DNA of 64,000 bases from an uncultured delta proteobacterium. Lineage in GTDB: Bacteria; Desulfobacterota; Desulfobacteria; Desulfobacterales; JAFDCJ01. The translations under genes and the position numbers were made by a program. Positions 23,449 through 33,807 of this stretch are shown piece by piece. The DNA lies in NCBI GenBank assembly GCA_963769935.1, contig CAVYNY010000036.1:1-64000 (forward strand), written 5' to 3'. The first letter of the stretch is position 1; the number at the start of each line of letters is the position of its first letter. The notes below the pieces were generated by a model that saw only the letters and a list, made by a program, of their open reading frames with translations, ran no database searches and was not told the DNA's origin.

Positions 23449-24781
23449 AATCTATTACCTCGTGAATATATTCCAAGACGTTTTATCGCACTGCTTATTT
23501 TCCGATATCCGGCCACGGAGTCCGTTTTCTTCTTGGAAGATTGCGATTCCGAACGCAGAATGTTTTTAATAAGCTCGGCGGCGCCGGTTCGAAGGCGCTT
23601 GTCCTTTTTAAAGGTCTGTTCCCATTCCCGGATACAGATCGGCAGAACTTTGTTTTCCGCGAAGTTGCGGCGCAGCAAAGCGATAAGTCCGCTGGTAAAG
23701 TCTTTTTCAGATACGACATCGGCACCGGCCGGTGTGTCGGCCTGACGGGGCGGCACAAAATAGACTGCGTTTTTCCATACGAACAACAGCGCCAGAAAAG
23801 ACAGCGACCCCAAAAACCACTTAAACCGGTAATGGCGCAAAAGGTCGGCAACACCGGATTGTTTATAGATGCCGAAATGGGTTTCATCGAATATAATTTT
23901 AGCGGGGCGTCCGAGCAGCCATGCCAGCAGTTGCGGGTGCCGTTCAGACCGCAGGGCTTCATTGCTGATAAAAAATGAGTCGGCGCACAACACCAGGGTG
24001 CCCCGGCCCATCGGCCGCTCAACGATCACGGGGTTGCCATTGATCGCGTATAAGCGTCTGCCAGCTGTCATTCAGCAGCTCGAAGTAGAGATTCGAATGC
24101 CATGAAACGGCGGCCGGAAGATTCGGCCGGAGGCCAACCGCATCGAGGGCTGAGAGACTTTTCGTCCTTGACCGGCAAATTCTCGATAAAATTAAAGCCG
24201 ATGCCCCACTTTTCCTTGATGGATACAAATTGAGTCTCCGCTGCGCTCTTTCGGGAAGCCGGCTTATCCGTTTTAGCCGGCGTCGATTCCCGTGATGTCC
24301 CGGATTTGTTTTCACAGGCCGGTTTTTGGGTGGGATTCTCAGCGCCGGGTTCCAAATCTTTTTTTCCCGCGGGGTTATCCTTATCGGACAGGCATGGGTT
24401 TTCTTCAACTTCTTTAATGACCGGCAGAAAGGAAAAAACCAGGCGTCCACCCGATTGGGTCAGGCGTTCGAAGACTTTGCTCAAACTTTCCGGCAGCAAG
24501 TCGTTTGCGGCTGCCCCGGCGCCCAAATATAGCAAAGTGGTATGCGGCTCAAATTTTAATAAAGACGGCAGTTGGAAGTTGCGCTGCACTGCAATATCTT
24601 TAAAATTCCCCAGGCTCTCATAAAAGGCCCGGCTTCCGAGCGGATCACTGCGCAGCGAAGAATAGGCCGGATATATGTCCCCGGCCTCAAAGCGCAAGAT
24701 AAACAAATGGATCACGCCGGCCAGCAGACAAATAAGCAGCAGCGCCAGGGCGTATGCTCGTATGGCCTTATTTTTCGGCAA
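23445..24781 (-). CDS. DUF4350-like membrane-anchored protein (two one-base insertions near 24151 and 24051; start uncertain)
   Basis: TM, YSSLRSDPLG.RAFYE; G.G.LVL.AD...SNEAL, IIFDETHFG, second TM; spread over three frames. Confidence 0.75.
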
Positions 24782-26408
24782 ATGCCATAATCCTTTGATG
24801 GTCGGTTGCATAGCCGTCGAAGTCGGCTGGATCGATACGGTACATGCCGTACCAGGCACATTCAAAAAAATTTAAACTGCTGGAGAAAGTGAGCAGCAGC
24901 TCTTTATATTCATGAGCCCGTCGTTTCAGCTCCTGCTCGTATTCGCGATTTGATTTATAGGCTTCAATGGTAAGCAGGTCGTGTTCAGCCAGCTTGGCCA
25001 ACGTTGCCAGGTAAAGGGCGCGTGCTGCCAGGCGCAATTCTCCTTTTGCGGTCAATTCGCCGGCCAGCGCCAGCCAATGATTGGTCGAGAGATCATCGGC
25101 CGTCAGGCTTTCATCGTTCAAATCGGGTGTCAGTACCGGCGCGGCGCTGACCGTTTCGACCGCCTCGGTCCGGCGTCGCTGCCAGATTCGCACCAAAACA
25201 TAGGCCAGCACGGTCAAAAGCAGAATCAAAAGCACAATCAACACAATCCGCACGGAGGTTATCCAGTTGCCGCCGGCGGTGTCGGTTTGCTTATCCGGCC
25301 GTGGCGGCAGGCTCTTAAGCCACTCGACAAATTGTTTGATCCATTGACCGATCTTTTTGATGCCTTTACCAAGCATCTCTATCACCCATTCGACGGCAGC
25401 TTCGAGGGGGCCTTTGGCTGTCTTTTCATCAGGCCGGATGGTTTCCCGGGGCATACGCCAGGTGAACTCCCGTTGTTGCAGGATTTCTTCAATGGAGCGA
25501 TCAAGCTCGGCCGGCGCAACCCCTGCCGGCTGCGCGGCCAGGGAAGTAAATGGCGACATGCACAAGGCCATAATCAGCAGACCGCCTGCCACTTTTTTTC
25601 CGACGGTTGATATCTGATTCAGCTCCATCCTGAGATCATCACCGGACTGCAGCACCGATCCGTAAAAGCATCGCAGGACATAGGTGGTTTTGATCAAGGG
25701 GTCCAGAAACAGATAAGTAATTCCCAGCATGGCAACCCAGAACGTTGTGTTAAGGATCATGTGAGATCCACTCAAGGTGAACCTGGAATGGACGCCCAAC
25801 AGGGTTTTTATCAGCTGCGGAATAAATACCGCCGCCATGGATACATTCAGAAAAATTACAATACCGAAAAGCCAGTATATTCCGATCAGCAAATGATTTT
25901 GCTGCGGCCAGAGTTTAGCCTGGTGCCAGGCCCATCTGCAGGTCGACTTGACCTTTTGGCCTTCGGCTTCATCATGGACGGCAGCATTCTGATAAAATGC
26001 ATAGCAACATCCGAACGGGATAATCATCAGGGATGCAATGGGTATCACAAAAAAGCGGGTGGATTGGATCAGACATTGGGTTGCGGCTATGGATGCGATT
26101 CGGCGCAGGGACCACGGATATTGCAGTTGACCGAACAGTTGGGTTTTCACTTGATAAGCAAAAAGAGTGTGCCAGAATTTCATCCAGGCATACAGAAAGG
26201 CAAGCCCTAATGCGGCCGTGGTGTTGTATTTGAAGGCCTCGGCACTGCGGCTCATATCCGCCCAGAAATACAGCAATCCAAGTACAAAAGGCACACCGCC
26301 GGCGTAGTAAACGCTAAGCAGAGCAACCGGCGCTGATCGCAGGATATGAACGGCCTCTTCGGCCATGCGGATCGCGCTTTTTTGGTGTATTCTTCGACCG
26401 GGTTTCAT
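24768..26408 (-). CDS. Multi-TM protein with C-terminal DUF4129-like domain
   Basis: Several TMs; A..GELRLAARALYLATL..L, SNREY, FE.AWYG; ATGA overlap with the upstream gene. Confidence 0.8.
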   Translation of the reverse strand: MKPGRRIHQKSAIRMAEEAVHILRSAPVALLSVYYAGGVPFVLGLLYFWADMSRSAEAFKYNTTAALGLAFLYAWMKFWHTLFAYQVKTQLFGQLQYPWSLRRIASIAATQCLIQSTRFFVIPIASLMIIPFGCCYAFYQNAAVHDEAEGQKVKSTCRWAWHQAKLWPQQNHLLIGIYWLFGIVIFLNVSMAAVFIPQLIKTLLGVHSRFTLSGSHMILNTTFWVAMLGITYLFLDPLIKTTYVLRCFYGSVLQSGDDLRMELNQISTVGKKVAGGLLIMALCMSPFTSLAAQPAGVAPAELDRSIEEILQQREFTWRMPRETIRPDEKTAKGPLEAAVEWVIEMLGKGIKKIGQWIKQFVEWLKSLPPRPDKQTDTAGGNWITSVRIVLIVLLILLLTVLAYVLVRIWQRRRTEAVETVSAAPVLTPDLNDESLTADDLSTNHWLALAGELTAKGELRLAARALYLATLAKLAEHDLLTIEAYKSNREYEQELKRRAHEYKELLLTFSSSLNFFECAWYGMYRIDPADFDGYATDHQRIMAFAEK

Positions 26409-26731
26409 GATCCCGTCCACCATCCGCTCTGCCATAAGGTTCCCTCATGAAAGTCCGACGGCAGCGATAGTAAAATCTGGGCTGTATAGTAAAAAATAAC
26501 GTATAAAATAATGATGCCGAGCAGAAACTGGCCCATTTGCAGCAACCCTTGAAATCGGTTCGATCCAATGCCGGTCGGCTCGGACATTTTACGCAGGCAG
26601 GCGGCACACAGTACTTTATCTTCATGCTCCGTGATGCACTCCCGGCAGAAAAACCGGCCGCACTCCGGACAGCAGGCCACTGCTTCCCGCAGCATGTGGT
26701 TGTGGCAACGTTGATGAGTGAGATCCTGCAT
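26405..26731 (-). CDS. B-box-type zinc finger protein with one TM
   Basis: CHNH...AVACCPECGRFFCREC.......LCAAC, then a hydrophobic helix. Confidence 0.8.
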   Translation of the reverse strand: MQDLTHQRCHNHMLREAVACCPECGRFFCRECITEHEDKVLCAACLRKMSEPTGIGSNRFQGLLQMGQFLLGIIILYVIFYYTAQILLSLPSDFHEGTLWQSGWWTGS

Positions 26732-26971
26732 AAAATTGATAATCCTGATTAGTTTAATTTTTTGTTTTTCGAATTTTGTATTTGTTTCGAATCTCGTGCC
26801 TCAAATCTCGTAATAAATCAGCCACTAAGACACTAAGCCCCAAAGATCGTAATACAATTCTATTGATGCCGTTTATAATTATGAAGCACATCAAAATTGA
26901 AAAGTTTAAATTTCAGATTCATTCTTCGCGTCTTCGTGACTTAGTGGCTGTACTTTTGCCGAATTTGTTAC

Positions 26972-28027
26972 TTAAATTGTTTCGGTCTTTCTGGAAATAA
27001 CCGGAGATCCGGGAGTCGAAGACCTTCTTGTCGCCGGCTTTTTGACCTTTTTCTCCGATCGCAGAAGTATAATCAATCCCGGGATACCGAGGAATAAGGC
27101 GCCGCAGATCGCCATAAAATTAAGGCTCATCATCAGAGGACTTTCCCAGGGTGAAATGCTGGATAGAGACTTAAATACTTCCCACTGGTTGTATGCGATT
27201 CTTGGATTTCTCATCGCAAATCCAATGCCGATGATATAGCCCACGGCAAAATTAGCACAAACGAGGCCCAGACAGGTCCAGGTTATGGCTCGGAGTGAAG
27301 CGGGCAGATTACTGTTATGTTGTTTTACCAGCGCCAGGATGACACATATCCCGATGCCCATCCCGGCAACAGAGCCCAGAACGGTCGGAATCACGTGGGT
27401 GATAAAAAACTCCATTGCGGCCAGCACACCGTCAAACAGCAGCAGCCCGAACAGGATCATATGAACCCTGCCTGTTTCGCGCCCGGCGACAGTTGCCCCG
27501 GGGCCGCCGTGCGCCTTGCGCTCAGCCGGTCGCACCGGTATTTTATTTAAATCTTCCGGTTTCAGAGTTCCCTGGGCCAGTTGGATGAATGGCCGCACAC
27601 GATCCATGACCCGGCCTGCAATCTTCAATCGGCTTAGCGAATGCAATCTCTCGGTTTGCACGGCGGTCAGGAGTCTGGTCTCGCAGGTAGGCCCCTTGTA
27701 GAGATTGATCAATAGAAAAAGGACCATCATGCCGCAAACAACGGCATAAAAGATGGACCATCCTCCGCCAAAGAAAAAGACCGGCACCAGGAACATCAGA
27801 ATAAAACAGCCCAGGACGATATTTTGAATCTTGCCGACTATGGTCTTGCGGGTAATGATCGCCTGGATATCATTAAAATAAAAGCGCTTGTAATCTTCGA
27901 CACCAAACCGGGAAAAAATGTAAAGTAAATGATCCTTTCCCTGCCATAGCGTATGCTTGCCGATTAGAAATCCCTTTTTGGTTCCCGGCAGTTTTTGATA
28001 TGTTTTAACGCTATGCGCCATTTTCAT
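26972..28027 (-). CDS. Hypothetical membrane protein
   Basis: Soluble N-terminus (LWQGKDHLL..EDYKRFYFNDIQA) plus about six TM segments. Confidence 0.75.
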   Translation of the reverse strand: MKMAHSVKTYQKLPGTKKGFLIGKHTLWQGKDHLLYIFSRFGVEDYKRFYFNDIQAIITRKTIVGKIQNIVLGCFILMFLVPVFFFGGGWSIFYAVVCGMMVLFLLINLYKGPTCETRLLTAVQTERLHSLSRLKIAGRVMDRVRPFIQLAQGTLKPEDLNKIPVRPAERKAHGGPGATVAGRETGRVHMILFGLLLFDGVLAAMEFFITHVIPTVLGSVAGMGIGICVILALVKQHNSNLPASLRAITWTCLGLVCANFAVGYIIGIGFAMRNPRIAYNQWEVFKSLSSISPWESPLMMSLNFMAICGALFLGIPGLIILLRSEKKVKKPATRRSSTPGSPVISRKTETI

Positions 28028-28254
28028 GTGTGGTCGGGTAAAAATTCAATTTTCAGTCGTATAAGGCCATAAACCGTGGATTCTTTGCATTTTATAAACT
28101 ATTTTTTTCCACCACGAATCCACGAAATTCAGAAAACACGAAATTTGTTTTCTCTTTTTTCGTGTTTTCGTCCTTTCGTGCTTTCGTGATTAATTTATAG
28201 CTTAATTTCCTGCTAAGCCGTGATTTCCACTGCTTTCCTTGCAGCTTTGCCGGT

Positions 28255-28821
28255 TTAGGCTCTTTGCGCCAGGTTGGTAAAAAACACAATCCAAGCCGTT
28301 ATTTGAATCCCCGCCAGTATAAAAGCCAAAATAAAACGGATTTTGGTCCGGGGGATAATACTGGAAGGCGAATTCCAGTGTCTGACGGTCAAATAGATGA
28401 CAAGCGGTGCCGCAAAGATCGTAAGCCAGTAAAATATAAGAGAAACCGTTGCCAGCAGCAGGGCAATGGTATCATAACAGGTACGGTGATTTTCCAGATT
28501 TTTGATTTTCCCATTGACCTTGGCTTTTTCAAGGCAGGCCGGACACAGATGCTGACCGTTGAGCGAAACATCACACAGGGCGCAAAGGAACCGGCCGCAG
28601 GCGGTGCAGGGCACCACAGCTTTTTTCCGGGGATGATAGAAGCACCCGGCCTCTTTGTCCATCTGCAGCGCGGCACCGGTCCGGCCCACGGGCAAGGGGC
28701 GCCTAAGCGCCGGATAAACATCCGCCCGCATCCGGCAGTTGCAAACACCACAGGCAACCAATGAATTGGTGTTGACCGCCTCGACTGCCAGCGGAGTATT
28801 GCAATTGGTACAGCTCAGCAC
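28255..28821 (-). CDS. Zinc-ribbon plus B-box protein with C-terminal TM segments
   Basis: CTNC..CGVC; CFYHP...A...CTACGRFLCALC.......LCPAC; hydrophobic C-terminus. Confidence 0.8.
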   Translation of the reverse strand: MLSCTNCNTPLAVEAVNTNSLVACGVCNCRMRADVYPALRRPLPVGRTGAALQMDKEAGCFYHPRKKAVVPCTACGRFLCALCDVSLNGQHLCPACLEKAKVNGKIKNLENHRTCYDTIALLLATVSLIFYWLTIFAAPLVIYLTVRHWNSPSSIIPRTKIRFILAFILAGIQITAWIVFFTNLAQRA

Positions 28822-28901
28822 AAGGTGTTCCTCTGTATGCTAGTAATTAAATTTTGCCATTGGCCGGATAGGTGCTGACAGGCAGATCGTCAATTGAAAA
28901 C

Positions 28902-29008
28902 TGGAGTGTTGGAGTATTGGAGTGTTGAAGGATTGAGAGCCTCCTAATGGAAAAAATTTGGACGCTCTTTTTTTCAATACTCCACTACTCCATTACTCCA
29001 TCACTCCG
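28902..29008. repeat. Inverted pair of 8-bp tandem arrays
   Basis: (ggagtgtt/ggagtatt)x3 facing (caatactc/cactactc/cattactc/catcactc); same family at 62441-62506. Confidence 0.8.
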
Positions 29009-29066
29009 AAAAAAAGTTCTAAGACGATGTACCCGCCAAACCACTTATTCCTATTTTTCTTAATTC

Positions 29067-29825
29067 TCACTTCAGGACCACTCTTGTCTCGCAAATCCGA
29101 TCATGCAGCGTTCGTTTTTGGTCATCAAATGCCGCCATGATAAAACCGATCGTCAGAATCATGGAGCTGAGCCATTTGGCAAAATGCCGGCCCAGGGCTC
29201 TGAGGTAGCTCAGGCGGCTGCGGTCTTCCACCACTATCTTCAGATTGCACGCCATTTTGCCGGGTGTAGCGCCATATTTTCCGACAAACCATGTATCATA
29301 AACGGCCGGTACGGTGTACTGCAGCAGAATTATCAGCGGCATGAAGGAAAGAAACGCCAACGGATTATCCGGGGACTTGGGCATTAAGATTCCGATCGGA
29401 ACGAAAAAAAGCATATCCAGAATCCAAATGATGAATGCGTCAATCGCCAGAGCCGCAAAACGTATCCAGAAACCGGCATAATTCATGGTGCCGGCAACAG
29501 ACAGCCCTTCTTTAATCTTCTGGATAAATACCGGTTTGCAGGCGGCGCAAACCCAGGACTTCTGAAACCGGATCATTTCATCTTCGGCAAAGGCCCGGCC
29601 GCATTCCGAACACGCTGCTTTTCTCATCGGCACCGCCGCTGACCCGTCTTGAGCACCCTTACCCGTCCGGCTGCGGATATAAACGCCCAACTCCTGCCAG
29701 CTTTCCATGCCGGATTGCCAGACAAGGGTCCTGGCAGTTACTTTCTTCTCTTTTACAAGGAAGAGAAGCTCGGTCTTGCCGATCGGCCCGATTTGTCGTT
29801 CGCCTTCGGCATAGTATAAATTCAT
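29067..29825 (-). CDS. GYF_2 (DUF4339) + zinc ribbon + RDD protein
   Basis: YY....QIGP....L..L......TLVWQSGMESW; CSEC..CAAC; YAGFWIRFAALAID, ATPGK, TLHDRIC. Confidence 0.87.
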   Translation of the reverse strand: MNLYYAEGERQIGPIGKTELLFLVKEKKVTARTLVWQSGMESWQELGVYIRSRTGKGAQDGSAAVPMRKAACSECGRAFAEDEMIRFQKSWVCAACKPVFIQKIKEGLSVAGTMNYAGFWIRFAALAIDAFIIWILDMLFFVPIGILMPKSPDNPLAFLSFMPLIILLQYTVPAVYDTWFVGKYGATPGKMACNLKIVVEDRSRLSYLRALGRHFAKWLSSMILTIGFIMAAFDDQKRTLHDRICETRVVLK

Positions 29826-30378
29826 AACAATCGCTCCTGCGCCTATGCAGTGCGTTTAGGCGTATTAGGAGCGCAGCACCTTCAAGGCCACGCGAACTAT
29901 TCTAATAACTTGAGCCAAAGCACTCCTTCAATGCACCCCTTTTCGGGTAGAGTACCGCCGAAAATACATAGGCCAATAATATATAGGCTTATATCGGCCG
30001 GGGATATTGAATACTTAACCCCAAATCGTTCAAATCATGCAAAAATTAGCTGATTCATTAGAACGTTTGTCAGAATAGAGGTTTGCGCAACATCGCGCCA
30101 TATCTTGATTCTTGCCGTGCCTTTTCCGGAGCATTGTCCACAGCGTCACAGCGAAATTTTTGTTTTAGGAGAGAATTGGAGGTGTGGATTGACAGCCACT
30201 GCCTGGAATTAGGCGCGAGGCCCCTCGCTTGCATGCAGCTAAACAGGCCAAGCCTGCTCAGCCTGAAATTAGATGCGAAGCATATAGTAATTAAGCCGCG
30301 GCGCTTCAGTCAAATTAATTTCTCTAATTCAAATAGCAGTTCCCAACTCTGAATATATTATTTTTCAGGGCGGATTAA

Positions 30379-31155
30379 TTAGTGTAAAATCTGGCTGAGA
30401 AACAGTTTTGTGCGATCGTGTTGGGGATTGTTAAAAAATTCATCCGGCGTGTTAGCCTCTACAATTTGACCATAGTCCATAAAAAGCACCCGGTGAGCGA
30501 CACTCTTGGCAAACCCCATCTCATGCGATACGACAATCATCGTCATACCTTCCCGGGCAAGTTCGATCATAGAATCCAGTACTTCCTTGATCATTTCCGG
30601 GTCGAGGGCGGAGGTAGGTTCGTCAAAAAGCATCACTTTGGGATTCATGCAAAGGCTGCGGGCAATGGCAACGCGCTGTTGTTGCCCCCCGGAAAGTTGC
30701 CCGGGATATTTCAAGGCCTGGTCTGCAATCTGCACCTTGTTTAGAAAATACATGGCAGTTTCTTCGGCTTTTTTTTTGGGGATTTTGCGGACCCAAATTG
30801 GACCCAGTGTCAGATTTTCTAAAATGGTCAAGTGTGGAAACAGATTAAAATGCTGGAAGACCATACCGACTTCAGCTCGGATTTTCTCGATATTTTTTAA
30901 GTCGTTGGTCAATTCCATCCCGTCGACGATAATCCTGCCCCGCTGGTGTTCTTCAAGGCGATTGATGCAGCGGATGAGTGTTGACTTGCCGGAACCCGAA
31001 GGTCCACAAATAACAATACGCTCCTGCTTTTTGACGGTAAGATTAATGCCTTTCAGCACATAAAAATCGCCGTACCACTTATGCATTTCGACAATTTCGA
31101 TGATGGCGTCACCTGCCAAAGTATTTTCCTTATTACCGGATTTTTGCGTGTCCAT
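30379..31155 (-). CDS. aapP: Amino-acid ABC transporter ATP-binding subunit
   Basis: [25 protein letters not shown]. Confidence 0.9.
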   Translation of the reverse strand: MDTQKSGNKENTLAGDAIIEIVEMHKWYGDFYVLKGINLTVKKQERIVICGPSGSGKSTLIRCINRLEEHQRGRIIVDGMELTNDLKNIEKIRAEVGMVFQHFNLFPHLTILENLTLGPIWVRKIPKKKAEETAMYFLNKVQIADQALKYPGQLSGGQQQRVAIARSLCMNPKVMLFDEPTSALDPEMIKEVLDSMIELAREGMTMIVVSHEMGFAKSVAHRVLFMDYGQIVEANTPDEFFNNPQHDRTKLFLSQILH

Positions 31156-31175
31156 AAAAAGTCTCTCATGTCAGG

Positions 31176-32273
31176 TTATAAACCTGTTTCCAGTTCGCGT
31201 TCCAAACGTCGGCTGTAATTTGACATAAAAAAGCAGCACAGGAAATATATCAAGGCTGCAAAAATATAGGCTTCCGCTGAAAATCCCATCCACTGAGGGT
31301 CATTCAGGACCGTTTTTGTCGTTTTTAAAAAATCGAAAAGCGCTATGATGACAACCAGAGATGTATCTTTAAACGCCGATATCAAAATGCTGACCGACGG
31401 CGGTATGACGATTTTTAGAGCCTGAGGCAAAACGATCTTTCGCATGGTCAAATAATAATTCAGCCCCAGAGATTCGGCCGCCTCATACTGCCCGCGGGGG
31501 ATGGCCTGCAATCCGCCCCTAACCACCTCGGCGATATAGGCTGCCGTAAAAAGAATGATGGCGACCTGGGCCCTTATTAGGGCGTTGACGTTAACTCCCT
31601 CGGGTAAAAATAAGGGAAAGACCACCGAAGACATGAACAGCAGACTGATGAGGGGCACGCCACGAATCAGCTCAATGTACATGACGCACAGTGTTTTTAC
31701 CGCCGGCATTTTGGATCGGCGCCCAAGAGCCAATATAACCCCTAAAGGATACGCAGCGGTTAAGCCGAAAACAGACAGCAAAAGCGTCAGTGGAAGCCCG
31801 CCCCACTGGGTACTTTCCACGGACGTCAGACCCAATATCCCGCCTTTCATCAGCAAACCCATAAGACAAAGGCCCAAAATCCAGCCGTAAACCAGATGTT
31901 TCTTCCAGTGATTTCTGTTGCGGCTATAGAACAAAAGGGCGATCAATAGAACCATCGCCACGAACGGACGCCATTGCTGGTCATAAGGAAAAAATCCAAA
32001 AGTAATAAATCTTATATTGGCGGGTATGATAGACCAGCAGGCACCATCGATCTGCTGGCATTGCGCCCCGGATGAGAGCCAAAGGCTGTCAATAAAGGCC
32101 CAACGTATCAACGGCGGGACAATTATCCACAAAAAATAAATCGTTATCAGGGTCAAAATGGAGTTTAGCCAACCCTTAAATAAATTGGCTCTAATCCATC
32201 CCACTATTCCCACTTGGGTTACAGGTGGTTTGATATCTTCGACTGGATTATTTTGAACTGCTGCTTCCATCAT
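31176..32273 (-). CDS. aapM: Amino-acid ABC transporter permease
   Basis: GACW, WGGLPLTL, EAA loop RGGLQAIPRGQYEAA. Confidence 0.88.
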   Translation of the reverse strand: MMEAAVQNNPVEDIKPPVTQVGIVGWIRANLFKGWLNSILTLITIYFLWIIVPPLIRWAFIDSLWLSSGAQCQQIDGACWSIIPANIRFITFGFFPYDQQWRPFVAMVLLIALLFYSRNRNHWKKHLVYGWILGLCLMGLLMKGGILGLTSVESTQWGGLPLTLLLSVFGLTAAYPLGVILALGRRSKMPAVKTLCVMYIELIRGVPLISLLFMSSVVFPLFLPEGVNVNALIRAQVAIILFTAAYIAEVVRGGLQAIPRGQYEAAESLGLNYYLTMRKIVLPQALKIVIPPSVSILISAFKDTSLVVIIALFDFLKTTKTVLNDPQWMGFSAEAYIFAALIYFLCCFFMSNYSRRLERELETGL

Positions 32274-32541
32274 AGTCTTGATCGTTATGAGCTATTAGCC
32301 GCCACTGAAAGTGCCTTCCCGTAAACCACCGTCCGCCCTTTCTTTTTTTCCGCTATGCGCTCGATGGGCTCCGCTTAATGAGCGTTTTACTCGATGAGTG
32401 CTTCGCTTGAAGCAAAACAAAAGTTGGCTCGATGTATGGCTTCAATTTTTCTTAAATCGATAGAATATCTCAGTTCTGCATTCGACATTCAGCATTCGTC
32501 AATCCATTTAACCCCGCACCTTGCAACCCGCAACTCGTACT

Positions 32542-33735
32542 CTATCTTTCCACCAGCGCCACTTTTTTGTTGTACCAGTTCATAAACGCCGAGGTCGAAA
32601 GACTGAAACACAGATAAACAATCATGATCATCGCGACACCTTCCAAGGCCTGACCGGTTTGATTGATGGTGGTTCCGGCAACCGATACAAAATCGGGATA
32701 ACCGATGGCCACGGCCAGCGAGCTGTTTTTCATAAGGTTCAGCATTTGGCTTGTCAGCGGCGGTATGATCACTCTCAAGGCTTGCGGCAATATGACCAGA
32801 TTAAGAACCTGGGCAGGTTTAAGACCGATAGACATGGCTGCTTCTCTTTGTCTTTTGCTGACGGACTGAATACCGGCGCGGACAACTTCCGCCACAAAGG
32901 CTGCCGTGTAAAGCACCAACCCCAATAAGAGAGCAGTGAACTCGGGACTGATATTCAGCCCGCCTTGAAAATTGAAACCTTTGAGTTGGGGAACACTCAT
33001 AGCGCTTGGAGATCCCCCGGCCAGCCAGGCCAGCAGCGGCAGGACGATGAGGAGACCGATGGATACGCTGAAGACGGGAAAATACTCGCCTGTTTTCGCC
33101 TGTCGCTTGCGCGCCCAACGGCGCAGAAAATACACGCCCAAACAACCTGTCAGAAAGGCGATGGCCATGTACTTATGGGCAGGCGCATACTCCGGAACGG
33201 CAAAAACTAACCCGCGATTACTTATGAAAAAGCCGTAAAACGGACTCAGAGCCTGTCTGGGGGATGGGAGTGCCTCATAAAACAATGCATACCAGAAAAA
33301 AAGCTGCAGCAGGACCGGTATGTCCTGAAAGAACTCAATATAAACAGCCGCCAGTCTGGATACCAGCCAATTGGTTGATAAGCGCAATATACCGATGATG
33401 GTGCCCAGGATAATGGTCAGGATAATACCGATAAACGAAACCAACAGCGTATTTAATACACCAACCAGCAGAGCGCGCGCATAATTGTCCGCAGCCGAAT
33501 AGGGAATAACGGATTCACCGATCTCAAAAGAGGCTTCCTTTTCAAGAAACCCGAATCCTGTGGCAATCGCTTGCCGATCAAGGTTGGCAAGGGTATTTGA
33601 AACAAGATAATACCCCAGCAGCCCCACCATTACCATAACGCCCAGCTGATAAAAAATGGATCGCTTGCGCGGATCGTACCAGAAAGCAACATTACCCGAA
33701 GGCGGCTTGTGCGGATCGCCTGTTTTTTTCTTCAT
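32542..33735 (-). CDS. aapQ: Amino-acid ABC transporter permease
   Basis: GFGFL, GFNFQGG, AEVVRAGIQSV, KNSSLAVAIGYPD. Confidence 0.88.
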   Translation of the reverse strand: MKKKTGDPHKPPSGNVAFWYDPRKRSIFYQLGVMVMVGLLGYYLVSNTLANLDRQAIATGFGFLEKEASFEIGESVIPYSAADNYARALLVGVLNTLLVSFIGIILTIILGTIIGILRLSTNWLVSRLAAVYIEFFQDIPVLLQLFFWYALFYEALPSPRQALSPFYGFFISNRGLVFAVPEYAPAHKYMAIAFLTGCLGVYFLRRWARKRQAKTGEYFPVFSVSIGLLIVLPLLAWLAGGSPSAMSVPQLKGFNFQGGLNISPEFTALLLGLVLYTAAFVAEVVRAGIQSVSKRQREAAMSIGLKPAQVLNLVILPQALRVIIPPLTSQMLNLMKNSSLAVAIGYPDFVSVAGTTINQTGQALEGVAMIMIVYLCFSLSTSAFMNWYNKKVALVER

Positions 33736-33764
33736 CGGCGTTTAAACTATTTTTTTTGTATAAT

Positions 33765-33797
33765 AAAAAAGGTGCCACCGTTAGTGGCACCTTTTTT
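33765..33797. terminator. Bidirectional intrinsic terminator/stabilising hairpin after aapJ
   Basis: AAAAAAGGTGCCAC-CGTTA-GTGGCACCTTTTTT perfect stem. Confidence 0.85.
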
Positions 33798-33807
33798 AGA
33801 TCAAAAC

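Noticed and set aside
2540..24160. Programmed frameshifting or true pseudogenes
   Set aside because: No shared slippery motif; all are +1 insertions with no further decay, so error is more parsimonious
30055..30330. Possible MITE/IS remnant between aapP and the RDD cluster
   Set aside because: Only weak terminal similarity and no second copy in the window
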